DNA of 64,000 bases from a virus (IMGVR_UViG_3300035520_000763:71032-135031); one strand, 5' to 3'; shown: positions 10,507-19,944, counted from the first letter of the stretch. Notes: generated from the sequence alone by a model not told the origin. Translations and numbers: made by a program.

Positions 10507-11517
10507 ATGTCAGATAACAGGTATGCAACCAAGAGAAAAGGGAAAACAGAAAAAGATCCATTTTGGAATTTACAGGATATTAAAAATCTGGTTGAATGGT
10601 TTGAAAATAATAATAAGTGGGATGGATATTTAATCACTATGTTCGAACTCCTTCTTGGTAGACGAATTGGTGATACAGTTTCAATGGTGTGGTCAGATTT
10701 TTATTATGAGAATGGAAGACGCAGAGACGAAATTGTAACCGTTGTTGAACAAAAAACGGGAAAGACAAATGAAGTTCCTTTGACAAATTTAGCATTTGAA
10801 GCAATAGAAAAATATTGCCAGAATACTAAAATCAATCCAATGGAACATTATAATGAATATATTTTCAATTTTCCTTGTAAAACGAAATGGATTAAGCGAA
10901 AGGATAATCCGATTTATAAGCATAAAGAATGTGATGTAGAATTGTTCTGCAAAGTACTTGAAAAGACATATGAGAATGATAGAAAAGCTAAAATTGTTGA
11001 AAAATTTTATAATCAAAAGGAATACTCAAGCTTTGGTGACTATTTTTATTATGAGGTGGAGTATACGGACATTATTAAATGGACAACAGATACGTATCGT
11101 ATAATGTTTAACAAAGCAAAAAAAGCGTGTGGCATATCCTATGATGTCTCAACACATAGTTTCAGAAAATCTTTTGGTTATTGGATTCATCATACGCATC
11201 CATATGATCCAGACTGTTTGTTGTCTCTCCAAAAGATGTTTGGTCACGCAACATTGCAACAGACAATGGATTATATAGGATTAACAAAAGAAAAGAACAG
11301 GATGTACATTAATGACCATAGTGAAATGATTAGGAAAACATTAGATGGCAACGCAGATGAAATCATAAAGAATAGTCCTGTTATTTCTCTTAAAACAGAA
11401 GATTATGGGAAAATAATTAAGACAATAATAGATATGTGCAGAGAAAATGAAAATTCTGATATGGAAATATATCAGATGGCAATTAATATGGGAAACGAAT
11501 TAAGAGTTGTGAAATAA
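10507..11517 (+). CDS. int: tyrosine site-specific recombinase / phage integrase
   Basis: R in LLLGRRIGD (box I), HSFRKSFGYWIHH (H-x-x-R box II) and catalytic Y in TMDYIGL; size 336 aa. Confidence 0.8.
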   Translation: MSDNRYATKRKGKTEKDPFWNLQDIKNLVEWFENNNKWDGYLITMFELLLGRRIGDTVSMVWSDFYYENGRRRDEIVTVVEQKTGKTNEVPLTNLAFEAIEKYCQNTKINPMEHYNEYIFNFPCKTKWIKRKDNPIYKHKECDVELFCKVLEKTYENDRKAKIVEKFYNQKEYSSFGDYFYYEVEYTDIIKWTTDTYRIMFNKAKKACGISYDVSTHSFRKSFGYWIHHTHPYDPDCLLSLQKMFGHATLQQTMDYIGLTKEKNRMYINDHSEMIRKTLDGNADEIIKNSPVISLKTEDYGKIIKTIIDMCRENENSDMEIYQMAINMGNELRVVK

Positions 11518-11539
11518 ATAAGAAAGAGAGGTAATTATT

Positions 11540-12154
11540 ATGTCTGCAATTTTAGGATTAATCGGATTAGGTGGTTTAGCAGTAAGTGCAATTAAGTGCG
11601 GTATTCAGAACACACAAATGATGTCAAAACCAAACAGATACTTAAAGGATGGAACACCGGTATATCTTGACCGTGAATGTCATGAACATATTAACGGTGA
11701 GAGGGTAACTTATCGTTACGATTATTCGGGGGCTGCTAGAACAACAAAATTGGTTGGAACAAAAAGTGGCAAAGTTTATAGTGATAGTCATCAGAATTAT
11801 TTGGATAAAGTTGCAATAGAAAATGAAGAGAATAGGCAGAAGGCACTTAGTGAAGGAAAACTTGCATATATAAAGTTATATCCTACGCATTCAATTCCAA
11901 ATAATACAAGCAATTCAATTACGGATTCACGGTTGACTTGTGAGTGCTCTACGGGGAAAATAATAGGTGGTTTAGAATGTAAAGAAGACGGCACATGTTA
12001 CAAATACTATTTAACAGACATATCACATTATAATAGAAGTGAGTTTGAATATCTTGATGAAGGTCATCAAATAACAAAAGATGAATTGGAGAAGTTAAAT
12101 ATTTTTAACGGTTCTCATATATTGTATGGAAAAAAATATTTGTATAGAAGATAA
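11540..12154 (+). CDS. membrane-anchored or secreted protein of unknown function (N-terminal TM/signal MSAILGLIGLGGLAVSAI)
   Basis: ORF track; hydrophobic N-terminus then Cys-containing polar domain; follows integrase with RBS AGAGAGG. Confidence 0.55.
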   Translation: MSAILGLIGLGGLAVSAIKCGIQNTQMMSKPNRYLKDGTPVYLDRECHEHINGERVTYRYDYSGAARTTKLVGTKSGKVYSDSHQNYLDKVAIENEENRQKALSEGKLAYIKLYPTHSIPNNTSNSITDSRLTCECSTGKIIGGLECKEDGTCYKYYLTDISHYNRSEFEYLDEGHQITKDELEKLNIFNGSHILYGKKYLYRR

Positions 12155-12163
12155 TTAGAATAT

Positions 12164-12195
12164 AAAGCCATCAGATGTAATCTGGTGGCTTTAAT
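12164..12195 (+). terminator. rho-independent-type hairpin (AAAGCCATCAGA-tgtaa-TCTGGTGGCTTT)
   Basis: 12-bp stem (one G:U), 5-nt loop, then TTTAATAATTT; near-identical stem sequence to the hairpin at 10428. Confidence 0.55.
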
Positions 12196-12233
12196 AATTT
12201 GATGTATAATAAGGAAAGGTTGTGATATAATTA

Positions 12234-12497
12234 ATGAGTCGATATAAAAATGGAAATCCAAAGAAATCATCAAGATTTATATGTCTAAAATGTCTTCAGG
12301 AAAACATGATTGGCAGCGGCATTCAAAGAAATCATAGACAAAGAGAAGAAGATCATAAAAAGAATCTATATTGTATAATAGACAAAGAAGAAACGGTAAA
12401 CCTAGAAGTTAGATACTGTGATGATTTTCACGAAAAAATGGAAAGAGCAAGAGAATTACATAAGAAATATTATGGAGAAGACAGAAAGGTGGGATGA
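12234..12497 (+). CDS. hypothetical phage protein (CxxC)
   Basis: ORF track. Confidence 0.5.
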   Translation: MSRYKNGNPKKSSRFICLKCLQENMIGSGIQRNHRQREEDHKKNLYCIIDKEETVNLEVRYCDDFHEKMERARELHKKYYGEDRKVG

Positions 12498-12502
12498 TAT
12501 TA

Positions 12503-12730
12503 ATGGAAATAGCAACGTATCAAGCAACTCCAGAAGCACATGGTAGAGGAACATATTTCTTTACAGATTGTGGACATAAAATGTATTCAATAGAAAATAA
12601 TTATAATAAATATCATGGTTATTTATGTCCTGGATGTTTTTCTAAAGGAAAACAGGTTACTTTGTATGTTCGTGGCTCGAAAGAAGCAAATGAATATTGG
12701 AATAAGAAATTGAAAGGAGAGATTGGTTGA
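12503..12730 (+). CDS. hypothetical zinc-ribbon-like protein
   Basis: ORF track (12494..); CGH...CPGC. Confidence 0.5.
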   Translation: MEIATYQATPEAHGRGTYFFTDCGHKMYSIENNYNKYHGYLCPGCFSKGKQVTLYVRGSKEANEYWNKKLKGEIG

Positions 12731-12734
12731 GAAT

Positions 12735-13004
12735 ATGAAAGTATCAGAAATTGCAGGGAAAGATAAAGATTTTGTTACCAAAAAAGAAATGGAATATGTA
12801 TTTAGTCAAGAGATAGTGGAAGCATATAGTTGCTCTAATGGAAAGGAATATTATACATTTTGTAAATTTGAAGATGGTAGCTGGACAAAACATGATGCCG
12901 CTACTGATTTAGAAATTGGAAGTAGTGAGGAAGAAATGGAAAAATTAAAATTGCAAGGATTTAAGTGTGAAGATGTTTCTAGTGATTATGTATTTAAAAA
13001 ATAA
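12735..13004 (+). CDS. hypothetical phage protein
   Basis: ORF track (12723..). Confidence 0.5.
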   Translation: MKVSEIAGKDKDFVTKKEMEYVFSQEIVEAYSCSNGKEYYTFCKFEDGSWTKHDAATDLEIGSSEEEMEKLKLQGFKCEDVSSDYVFKK

Positions 13005-13021
13005 AGAGAGGAAATAACATT

Positions 13022-13216
13022 ATGAAGAGAACACAGAAAGAAATAAAAAGACAAGCAGAAGAATGGCTGGATGAGAGATATATGATTTCTCAGATGGCTA
13101 TTGCAAGTCCACAAGATACAAGCTATTATAATGGCGCGATTAAAGCTTGCGAATTTCTGGGTTATGAATGGAAACGTGATGAAGGCGGAAATCATACATT
13201 ATTTAGAGATGAATAA
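13022..13216 (+). CDS. hypothetical phage protein
   Basis: ORF track; RBS AGAGAGGAAA. Confidence 0.5.
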   Translation: MKRTQKEIKRQAEEWLDERYMISQMAIASPQDTSYYNGAIKACEFLGYEWKRDEGGNHTLFRDE

Positions 13217-13321
13217 AAGAATTAATTTGTGAGTCAAGTAAAAGTTATAGTAACTTATAGGATATTTATTACGTAAAAGTGCGTGGACAAACAAAAATGA
13301 GTGCAAATGTGCGTAAATAGA

Positions 13322-13350
13322 TTGACTAAAGCGGAAATAAGTGTGATAAT
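13322..13350 (+). promoter_or_regulatory. sigma-A-type promoter (TTGACT-17-GATAAT with TGtG extended -10)
   Basis: Read directly from sequence in the 170-bp non-coding gap upstream of 13371. Confidence 0.45.
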
Positions 13351-13370
13351 ATGTTTGGAGGTGAATAAAG

Positions 13371-14558
13371 ATGTTTAGAGTTAATCCATATAGACCAGGA
13401 GCTGGTTTAATGCCAACATACTTAGCAGGAAGAGATGAAGATATAAATGATATTGAGCAAATTTTTGAAGCATTAACGATGAATATTCCTACACAGTCAA
13501 TCATATTTAGTGGGTTAAGAGGTGTAGGGAAAACAGTACTTATAAACAAACTTGAAAAAATTGCGGAAGATAAAGGGGTATTCTGCAAGCACATAGAGGT
13601 AGAAGAAAGAAATGATTTTATCTCTCAGATTGCCACATGTTCACAAGCATTTTTAAGAAAAGTTAGTACAAAAGAAAAATTCAAACATTTGATACAAAAG
13701 CCATTAGATGCAATAAAGTCATTAGTCGTGTCTTTTGATCCGAATGATAGTACTTTTTCATTGTCGATTCAAGAAAAGGAACTATATAAATCAAATAATT
13801 TAACACAAAGTTTAACTGAAGTTTTTACAACAATTGGAGAAACTGCGTATAAAACGGAAACTCCTATTTGTTTTTTTATTGATGAAATACAATATATGAA
13901 ATCTTCTGAACTTGGAGCTTTGATTGCAGCGTTGCATAGGGCAAATCAATTAGGATACCCTGTAATGATAGTAGGAGCAGGACTTCCTAAGATATATAAA
14001 ATGTTATCTGAAGAGAAATCCTATTCTGAAAGATTGTTTATATATAAAGAAATTGATTCACTAACAGAAGATCAAGCACGAAAAGCCATTGAAATTCCGG
14101 CTGAGAAATTCGGAGTGTCATATACAAAAAAAGCAGTTGAATGTATTATGAGTATAACAAAGTGCTATCCATTTTTTATTCAACAATTGTGTCAGATTGT
14201 ATTTCAACATACCAATAATAAAATTATAGATATCCAAGATATAGAAGAAAGTAAATTTGATTTCTTTAAACAATTAGATGCTGGATTCTTTAAAGTGAGA
14301 TATGAAAGATGTTCTGATGGAGATAAGAAATTTATTTTTGCAATGGTAAAATGTGGAGAATTACCATGCACAATATTGAACATAGCTCAAAATTTAAAGA
14401 AAAATGTTTCTTCTATCTCTACAATAAGAGCGCAGCTTATAAATAAGGGATTAATATATCCTGTAAGATATAAGGAATTGGATTTTACTGTTCCAGAATT
14501 TACCGGTTTTATTCAAAGAACAGAAGAATATCAAAAATGGAACAATGAAAATAATTAA
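13371..14558 (+). CDS. P-loop AAA-type ATPase (Arch_ATPase/AAA_16-like: N-terminal F-x-G-R-E/D-E-I motif, Walker A GLRGVGKT, Walker B FFIDEIQ)
   Basis: Motifs read from the translation; 395 aa; probable winged-helix-like C-terminus. Confidence 0.65.
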   Translation: MFRVNPYRPGAGLMPTYLAGRDEDINDIEQIFEALTMNIPTQSIIFSGLRGVGKTVLINKLEKIAEDKGVFCKHIEVEERNDFISQIATCSQAFLRKVSTKEKFKHLIQKPLDAIKSLVVSFDPNDSTFSLSIQEKELYKSNNLTQSLTEVFTTIGETAYKTETPICFFIDEIQYMKSSELGALIAALHRANQLGYPVMIVGAGLPKIYKMLSEEKSYSERLFIYKEIDSLTEDQARKAIEIPAEKFGVSYTKKAVECIMSITKCYPFFIQQLCQIVFQHTNNKIIDIQDIEESKFDFFKQLDAGFFKVRYERCSDGDKKFIFAMVKCGELPCTILNIAQNLKKNVSSISTIRAQLINKGLIYPVRYKELDFTVPEFTGFIQRTEEYQKWNNENN

Positions 14559-14612
14559 GCAAATGGGTTGGATTTTCTAACCCATTTCTAACGTAGATTG
14601 GAGGAATGTATT

Positions 14613-15284
14613 ATGTTAGAAAATAAAGAGAAACATCCTAGCTACGGAATGTTACAGTTTAGTAGAACGTCCGGTGGGGCTACAGCATTATTTGGCAGTT
14701 CTATTCAACATAAAGATACAATCAGAATGTATCTTAGAGAGGGAGAAGTTAGTAGAGAATTAAATAGAGATTTTTATTTTGGTAACAATGAAATAGTTGA
14801 AGTAGAAATGAGCTATTCACAATTTGCAGAAGTAATCACATCTATGAATCAAGGTACTGGCGTTCCCGTTACAATTAAATACATACAAGGAAAAGGAAGA
14901 ATTGAAGATTGTCCATTTGTTGATAAAAAGAAACAGTTTGAAGATGAATTTAGTGATAATCTCGATAGAGCAAATGAAAAAGTAAATGATTTGCTTGAGT
15001 CGGTGAGCAAACTATTTGAAGAAAAGAAATCATTTACGAAAAAAGACAAGGAAGAAATTCTAAATAAAATTCGTATGCTCAGTATGGAAACGAATGGGAA
15101 TAGAGAGTTTATATACCAGCAGTTTAATGAACAGATGGACAAAACAACGGTTGAAGCAAAAGGTGAAATTGAAGCATTTTGTCAAAACAAAATTAACAGT
15201 ATTGCAAATGCCGCATTAGTAGAGCATAAAGATGATTTATTGAAATTGAAAAATCCGGTTGATATAGGAGGTAAAATATCATGA
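14613..15284 (+). CDS. hypothetical protein, downstream partner of the ATPase
   Basis: ORF track (14598..); RBS TGGAGGAATG; same transcription unit. Confidence 0.5.
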   Translation: MLENKEKHPSYGMLQFSRTSGGATALFGSSIQHKDTIRMYLREGEVSRELNRDFYFGNNEIVEVEMSYSQFAEVITSMNQGTGVPVTIKYIQGKGRIEDCPFVDKKKQFEDEFSDNLDRANEKVNDLLESVSKLFEEKKSFTKKDKEEILNKIRMLSMETNGNREFIYQQFNEQMDKTTVEAKGEIEAFCQNKINSIANAALVEHKDDLLKLKNPVDIGGKIS

Positions 15285-15523
15285 AGAAAGTACAAATTAT
15301 TATTGAAGCTGAGTTAGACGAAAAAGAATTGCAATCAATGACAAGTTCACAGAATGGTTTCGAGCCATTGACAGAAAAGGAGTATTTTAATGGAATAAAG
15401 TTTTCTTATAGTGAAGGAAGAATGGAAATATGCAATGATATTGAAGAATATTATAATATCAATGAGGGAGATTCGCAATGTTTAAAGAATCCTAAATTGG
15501 TTAGTATAAATGTGGTAGATTGA
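15281..15523 (+). CDS. hypothetical phage protein
   Basis: ORF track; ATGA-type coupling. Confidence 0.5.
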   Translation: MKKVQIIIEAELDEKELQSMTSSQNGFEPLTEKEYFNGIKFSYSEGRMEICNDIEEYYNINEGDSQCLKNPKLVSINVVD

Positions 15524-15549
15524 CTATTATTAATATTGGAGGAATGAAT

Positions 15550-15777
15550 ATGCCAGTAATAAAAAGTTGCGAAAACTGTAGATGGGCAGGATGCAAAAAT
15601 TACGGAAAAGAATTAAATGTTTGTGGGAATTATATTATGTTATCAGAAGAAGAGAAAAGAATTCCAAGATTTGTATATACGGAAAATGGAGAGATGAAAT
15701 CATCTCTTGATGAACATGAAAGAAGAGTGGAAATATTAGAGCATAATCAACGATTGCAAAGAGAATATCCAGTATAA
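15550..15777 (+). CDS. small zinc-finger-like protein (CENCRWAGC...CGNY)
   Basis: ORF track (15520..); ATG at 15550 after TGGAGGAATG. Confidence 0.5.
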   Translation: MPVIKSCENCRWAGCKNYGKELNVCGNYIMLSEEEKRIPRFVYTENGEMKSSLDEHERRVEILEHNQRLQREYPV

Positions 15778-15813
15778 ATGAAATGATTGTTTTGTTTAGA
15801 AGGGAGAAATATT

Positions 15814-16245
15814 ATGAGTTTGTCATATAAACCTTTATGGGATATGCTTAATGAACTGAAAGTTTCTAAAATGGATTTTGCCAAGAGTGTCGGTATTTCA
15901 AATGGAACTTTAGCAAAACTTGGGAAAGATGAGCCGGTTGCATTAACTGTACTTATGAGAATATGTGAACACTATAATTGCAAGATAGAAGACGTAATAA
16001 TGTATAATAAAAACAGTGATTTCCAATTTGATGAAAAGTTTTCTTTGAATGATAAGCAAGAAATTAATGAAGACAATGTAGATTATATGCGTGGCGTTCA
16101 AGATGGAATCCAGATGATGATGGATAAGATTCAACGTCAACATAAGAATGGAAAACCGGTTACTGCTAATGGTGAATTATACTGGTTGACAGATTCACGG
16201 CAGCACTTACAAGATGTTATGGATAGCATTGGAAAAGATGAATAA
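15814..16245 (+). CDS. XRE-family HTH DNA-binding protein with C-terminal extension
   Basis: HTH signature ...MDFAKSVGISNGTLAKLGKDEP...; ATG at 15814 after GAAGGGAGAAA. Confidence 0.65.
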   Translation: MSLSYKPLWDMLNELKVSKMDFAKSVGISNGTLAKLGKDEPVALTVLMRICEHYNCKIEDVIMYNKNSDFQFDEKFSLNDKQEINEDNVDYMRGVQDGIQMMMDKIQRQHKNGKPVTANGELYWLTDSRQHLQDVMDSIGKDE

Positions 16246-16260
16246 GAAAGAGTGACGACT

Positions 16261-16599
16261 ATGAATAAAACAATTACTTATTTCTCAACAGGTGTTTCTA
16301 TTGAAGAAATAGAATATAGTGATGAAGACCTTATAACATTGATTAAAAAATTGTCAAAAAGAATTGATGGATTCAATTCGATTTCAATGTGGTTTATGCA
16401 GAAAGATGAGTTGAATGGTTGTATTGCGATTGATATTGGGACAGAAGAAATTAAACTTGGAAATCATATGACATTAAATGTATATGATTTTAATTTATTA
16501 GAAGAGAATTTTAGTAATTATGTAACGGAAGCACAGAGAATCAAGGGAATGTTGAAACGGAATTTTCCAGAGATAAAAGTAACCAGTAATTTTCATTAG
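16261..16599 (+). CDS. hypothetical phage protein
   Basis: ORF track (16252..). Confidence 0.5.
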   Translation: MNKTITYFSTGVSIEEIEYSDEDLITLIKKLSKRIDGFNSISMWFMQKDELNGCIAIDIGTEEIKLGNHMTLNVYDFNLLEENFSNYVTEAQRIKGMLKRNFPEIKVTSNFH

Positions 16600-16615
16600 A
16601 TTGGAGCGTGAGTAT

Positions 16616-16894
16616 ATGCAATGGAGTGATTTGAGTAATGAAGCAAAAAGCATTATAGAATGGGTTGAGAATCCATATACACACGAAAAGGAAACGGTTG
16701 AAATTAAAATCGGAGAAACTTTCCATAGAGATTGTCCTAAACTTTGTAATGATTTTACTGATGATGAACCTAAATGTGATATTCTTGTGACAAAGGAATT
16801 GTTTCAAGAAGTGTTAATGTATGTTACTGAAGATGATAAGATTCAGTGTGAACAATTTATAGATAATAGTTTATTATTTAGATTAAAGAGGTGA
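16616..16894 (+). CDS. hypothetical phage protein
   Basis: ORF track (16601..). Confidence 0.5.
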   Translation: MQWSDLSNEAKSIIEWVENPYTHEKETVEIKIGETFHRDCPKLCNDFTDDEPKCDILVTKELFQEVLMYVTEDDKIQCEQFIDNSLLFRLKR

Positions 16895-17109
16895 TATACT
16901 TTGTTAAAAAGATGCAATAAAAATTGTAAAAAATGTAATCACTTAAATGTCAGAACAGATGATAAAGGATATCCATTTGGGTATGATTGTTTGAAATACG
17001 AAGATTCTGTCTTTGCAGAGCATTTTGAAGATACAAAGGAATTTGAAGTAATGGGAGATGTCTAAATTAAAGTGTAATTGGGGTGATGGTTTCATATGGA
17101 GGGAAGATC

Positions 17110-17292
17110 ATGACAATTAAAGAATTTAAAAATAGTAAACTATGTAAGGAAGCGGCAAAAGTAACCTATTATGATATAAACGGTGTAAATATATTCAACA
17201 AGCCTTCAATTATTTTTAATTTATTACAAATCATTGGGACATCACACAATGCAGATGGCTCTATTGATGTTGATGTGAATTATATTGAGTAG
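17110..17292 (+). CDS. hypothetical phage protein
   Basis: ORF track (17083..); ATG after GGAGGGAAG. Confidence 0.45.
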   Translation: MTIKEFKNSKLCKEAAKVTYYDINGVNIFNKPSIIFNLLQIIGTSHNADGSIDVDVNYIE

Positions 17293-17300
17293 GTGATATT

Positions 17301-17435
17301 ATGAATTTTACATACGAAGAACTGGAATTATTAGAACGGTGTTTATCAAAATATTTTTATGAGATAGAAGGAACACCAGAAGTTGTGGTTAGCTGCTACA
17401 ATAAAATCCAAAAGCAAAAGAAAGAAGTTGAGTGA
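17301..17435 (+). CDS. small hypothetical protein (44 aa)
   Basis: Self-translated; RBS GAGTAGGTGA. Confidence 0.3.
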   Translation: MNFTYEELELLERCLSKYFYEIEGTPEVVVSCYNKIQKQKKEVE

Positions 17436-17444
17436 GGTGGTAGT

Positions 17445-17990
17445 ATGTCAAAGAAAATAACAAAATTTGCTGATATTCCACAGTTTACATCTGATGGAAC
17501 TTATCAAGTAGATTATCCGTTGACAAGTTTGGTAAGTTATATAGAGGAAGAAGTAAGTGAAATGGGATTGCAACTTAATCCTGAGTTCCAAAGAGGACAT
17601 GTTTGGACAGAAGAACAGCAGATTGCTTGGCTAGAATATCATCTTCGTGGGGGAAAGTCTGGTTCCATTATATATCTAAATAATCCATTTTGGCATAGTT
17701 CACGGAACCCAAAAGAAAACGAGTATTCTGATTATGTATGTGTTGATGGACTACAAAGAATTACGGCTGCGCAAAGATTTATTCATAATGAAATCAAAGT
17801 GTTTGATTCATATTTCAATGAGTTTGAAGATAGAATTCGAATGGCAAGTGCAATGATTCATTTAAATGTAAATGATTTAAAGTCTAAAAGAGAGGTATTG
17901 CAATGGTATATTGATATGAATGCTGGTGGAACTCCTCATACAAAAGAAGAAATTGAAAGAGTTAGCAAAATGTTAGAAGAATTGGAGTGA
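17445..17990 (+). CDS. DUF262 (ParB/Srx-fold, GmrSD-N-like) domain protein, stand-alone
   Basis: Motifs PEFQRGHVW...VDGLQRITA match the DUF262 Q-R...W...DGQQR signature; RBS GAGGTGG. Confidence 0.6.
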   Translation: MSKKITKFADIPQFTSDGTYQVDYPLTSLVSYIEEEVSEMGLQLNPEFQRGHVWTEEQQIAWLEYHLRGGKSGSIIYLNNPFWHSSRNPKENEYSDYVCVDGLQRITAAQRFIHNEIKVFDSYFNEFEDRIRMASAMIHLNVNDLKSKREVLQWYIDMNAGGTPHTKEEIERVSKMLEELE

Positions 17991-18197
17991 TTGTCTATGT
18001 CAAGAGTAAATAGAACTACAAATAATTTGCAAAAGGTATGGAATAAACTTGATACAGCCTATGAAAATCTTGAATCCGCTTTTGAAATGTTGGAAAATAT
18101 GAGTGAACTTCCAGATGAGTTGAAAAGCGAAATGGATAGATTTGACTTATCGGCTGTGTCAAGTTTAAAACAACAGGTGGAAATGATAATGGAATGA
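17991..18197 (+). CDS. hypothetical phage protein
   Basis: ORF track. Confidence 0.5.
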   Translation: MSMSRVNRTTNNLQKVWNKLDTAYENLESAFEMLENMSELPDELKSEMDRFDLSAVSSLKQQVEMIME

Positions 18198-18206
18198 GGT
18201 GGTCAA

Positions 18207-18596
18207 ATGAAATGGATATGTCCAGTTTGCAGAAAGGAATTTGATAATTTTTCTATTAGAGATTTTTGCAATGCCCCCAAAACAACTTTATATGGTGATT
18301 TTAAAATTAGAGGTATGAACGGAGACATTGAACATGTGAGTAGAAAATTAAATAGATCAGTATGTTCAGAAAAATGTAAGCAGAAGAACGAAAACCGGTA
18401 TTTTGTAGAAGAATACAAAGAAAATAAAATTTATTGTGTAGATGGAAAATATATGCCATATCTTGACTGTGAGTATTGGTATGATTCTATTGAAGGTGTA
18501 AAAAATCGAATTGATAATCCTCATCTAGTTCCTGCTACGCCTACTCTTTTACGTGGTTTAGGAGCTGCAATGAGTGGAGAAACTGGTAATATTTAA
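18207..18596 (+). CDS. hypothetical Cys-rich protein (CPVC...C...C)
   Basis: ORF track; RBS TGAGGTGG. Confidence 0.5.
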   Translation: MKWICPVCRKEFDNFSIRDFCNAPKTTLYGDFKIRGMNGDIEHVSRKLNRSVCSEKCKQKNENRYFVEEYKENKIYCVDGKYMPYLDCEYWYDSIEGVKNRIDNPHLVPATPTLLRGLGAAMSGETGNI

Positions 18597-18614
18597 AATA
18601 ATGAGGTGACTTAG

Positions 18615-18812
18615 ATGGTAAAAGTAGAATATAGAAAAGATTATGAAGATGAATATTTACAATGTAGTTCTTGTTTGTGTGATAATACAGATACAACTAT
18701 TTATAGGATTATAGTAGGAAAAAATGATAGGCAGACAACTACATTAAAATTATGTGCTAATTGCTTAAAAGAGTTACAGACAAAAATAACGAATATTGGA
18801 AACATAGTCTAA
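18615..18812 (+). CDS. small zinc-ribbon protein (CSSC...CANC)
   Basis: ORF track; RBS TGAGGTGA. Confidence 0.5.
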   Translation: MVKVEYRKDYEDEYLQCSSCLCDNTDTTIYRIIVGKNDRQTTTLKLCANCLKELQTKITNIGNIV

Positions 18813-18860
18813 CAGATAAAAGGTGAATTTTATTTTAAAAAATTGAAAGGATGTGTTACT

Positions 18861-19175
18861 ATGGAAAAATCAAAAAATCCAGAATTTAATATTGACTATA
18901 AAGAAGAAGCAAAAAGAATGTTGAATAAACATGACGGTAAAATACCAACACTTGATAAAATGTTAGAGATTAAGGAACAATCACAGCTTTGTGGCGAGTT
19001 TTTAGAGTGGCTGCAAGGTAAATATGCAATGTTTGAATTAAAAACTCCAAGAGATGATCCGTTTTATCGTGGAACAGGCGATTATATCAATTCCGAAAAA
19101 TTGTTAGCTGAATTTTTTGGAATCGACTTAGAAGAAGCGGAAGAAGAAAAAGATGCTTTGCTAAAATCGTTATGA
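18861..19175 (+). CDS. hypothetical phage protein
   Basis: ORF track (18843..). Confidence 0.5.
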   Translation: MEKSKNPEFNIDYKEEAKRMLNKHDGKIPTLDKMLEIKEQSQLCGEFLEWLQGKYAMFELKTPRDDPFYRGTGDYINSEKLLAEFFGIDLEEAEEEKDALLKSL

Positions 19176-19423
19176 ATCAGGAGATAAAAGAGAATATGAT
19201 TTGTTTAGATTGTGGAAATATGGATATCAGATATGATGAAACGGAAAAATCCTATCATTGTAATAATTGTGGCTCGCATAACTTAGGAAAAAGGAAAGAC
19301 GGATGTAAACATATGATTAAAAATGGATTGTGCGGCAAATCTGCTACTTCTTCAGGAGAATGTGAGGCACCATGCAGCTATTATGAAAAAAGAGGTGAAT
19401 ATTATGGACAAACTGAAATGTAA
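19172..19423 (+). CDS. zinc-ribbon protein (CLDCG...CNNCG)
   Basis: ORF track; ATGA-type coupling. Confidence 0.5.
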   Translation: MNQEIKENMICLDCGNMDIRYDETEKSYHCNNCGSHNLGKRKDGCKHMIKNGLCGKSATSSGECEAPCSYYEKRGEYYGQTEM

Positions 19424-19598
19424 AATAGGATTTAAGACGGACGGATTTACTAAAAACGATAAGAACGTAAACTATGATGTTGAGGTCAAACAGGATGACA
19501 TTGTAGATATAGACCAGCAAGGTTATTTATGGAAGAACGGAATTTGTTTTGCTTATAAGGATAGTAAGATAGGAAGAGAGAATTTCGTGTCTGTATAA
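19404..19598 (+). CDS. hypothetical phage protein
   Basis: ORF track (19323..); ATG at 19404 after AAGAGGTGA. Confidence 0.45.
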   Translation: MDKLKCKIGFKTDGFTKNDKNVNYDVEVKQDDIVDIDQQGYLWKNGICFAYKDSKIGRENFVSV

Positions 19599-19626
19599 TT
19601 AGATGAAAATTTTAGAGGTGATTATT

Positions 19627-19944
19627 ATGAGAATAAAAGACAAGCCAAATAAAGTGAAAGCAAACTTAATTGTTGAGTTTGAGGATGAGTTTTATAATAA
19701 CGAATCTGAAACATTGAAATATAGTGCAAATCAATATTTGAAGGATAATGGGTTCAATGTGATTGGTATTTCGTGGACATTTATGGACGAAAAAGATAAA
19801 CTAAATAAAGTGAAAGCAAAGTTAATTTTAGAAATCGAGGGTGAATTTTACGATGATGAATCCGATGAAGAAACATTGAGATATTGTGTGGAACAGGATT
19901 TAGAAGATGCTGGTTTTAACGTGATTGATGTTTCCGTGATGTAA
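19627..19944 (+). CDS. hypothetical protein made of two tandem copies of a roughly 45-aa module
   Basis: Internal repeat KVKANLIVEFEDEFYNNESETLKY...GFNVIGIS versus KVKAKLILEIEGEFYDDESDEETLRY...GFNVIDVS. Confidence 0.5.
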   Translation: MRIKDKPNKVKANLIVEFEDEFYNNESETLKYSANQYLKDNGFNVIGISWTFMDEKDKLNKVKAKLILEIEGEFYDDESDEETLRYCVEQDLEDAGFNVIDVSVM

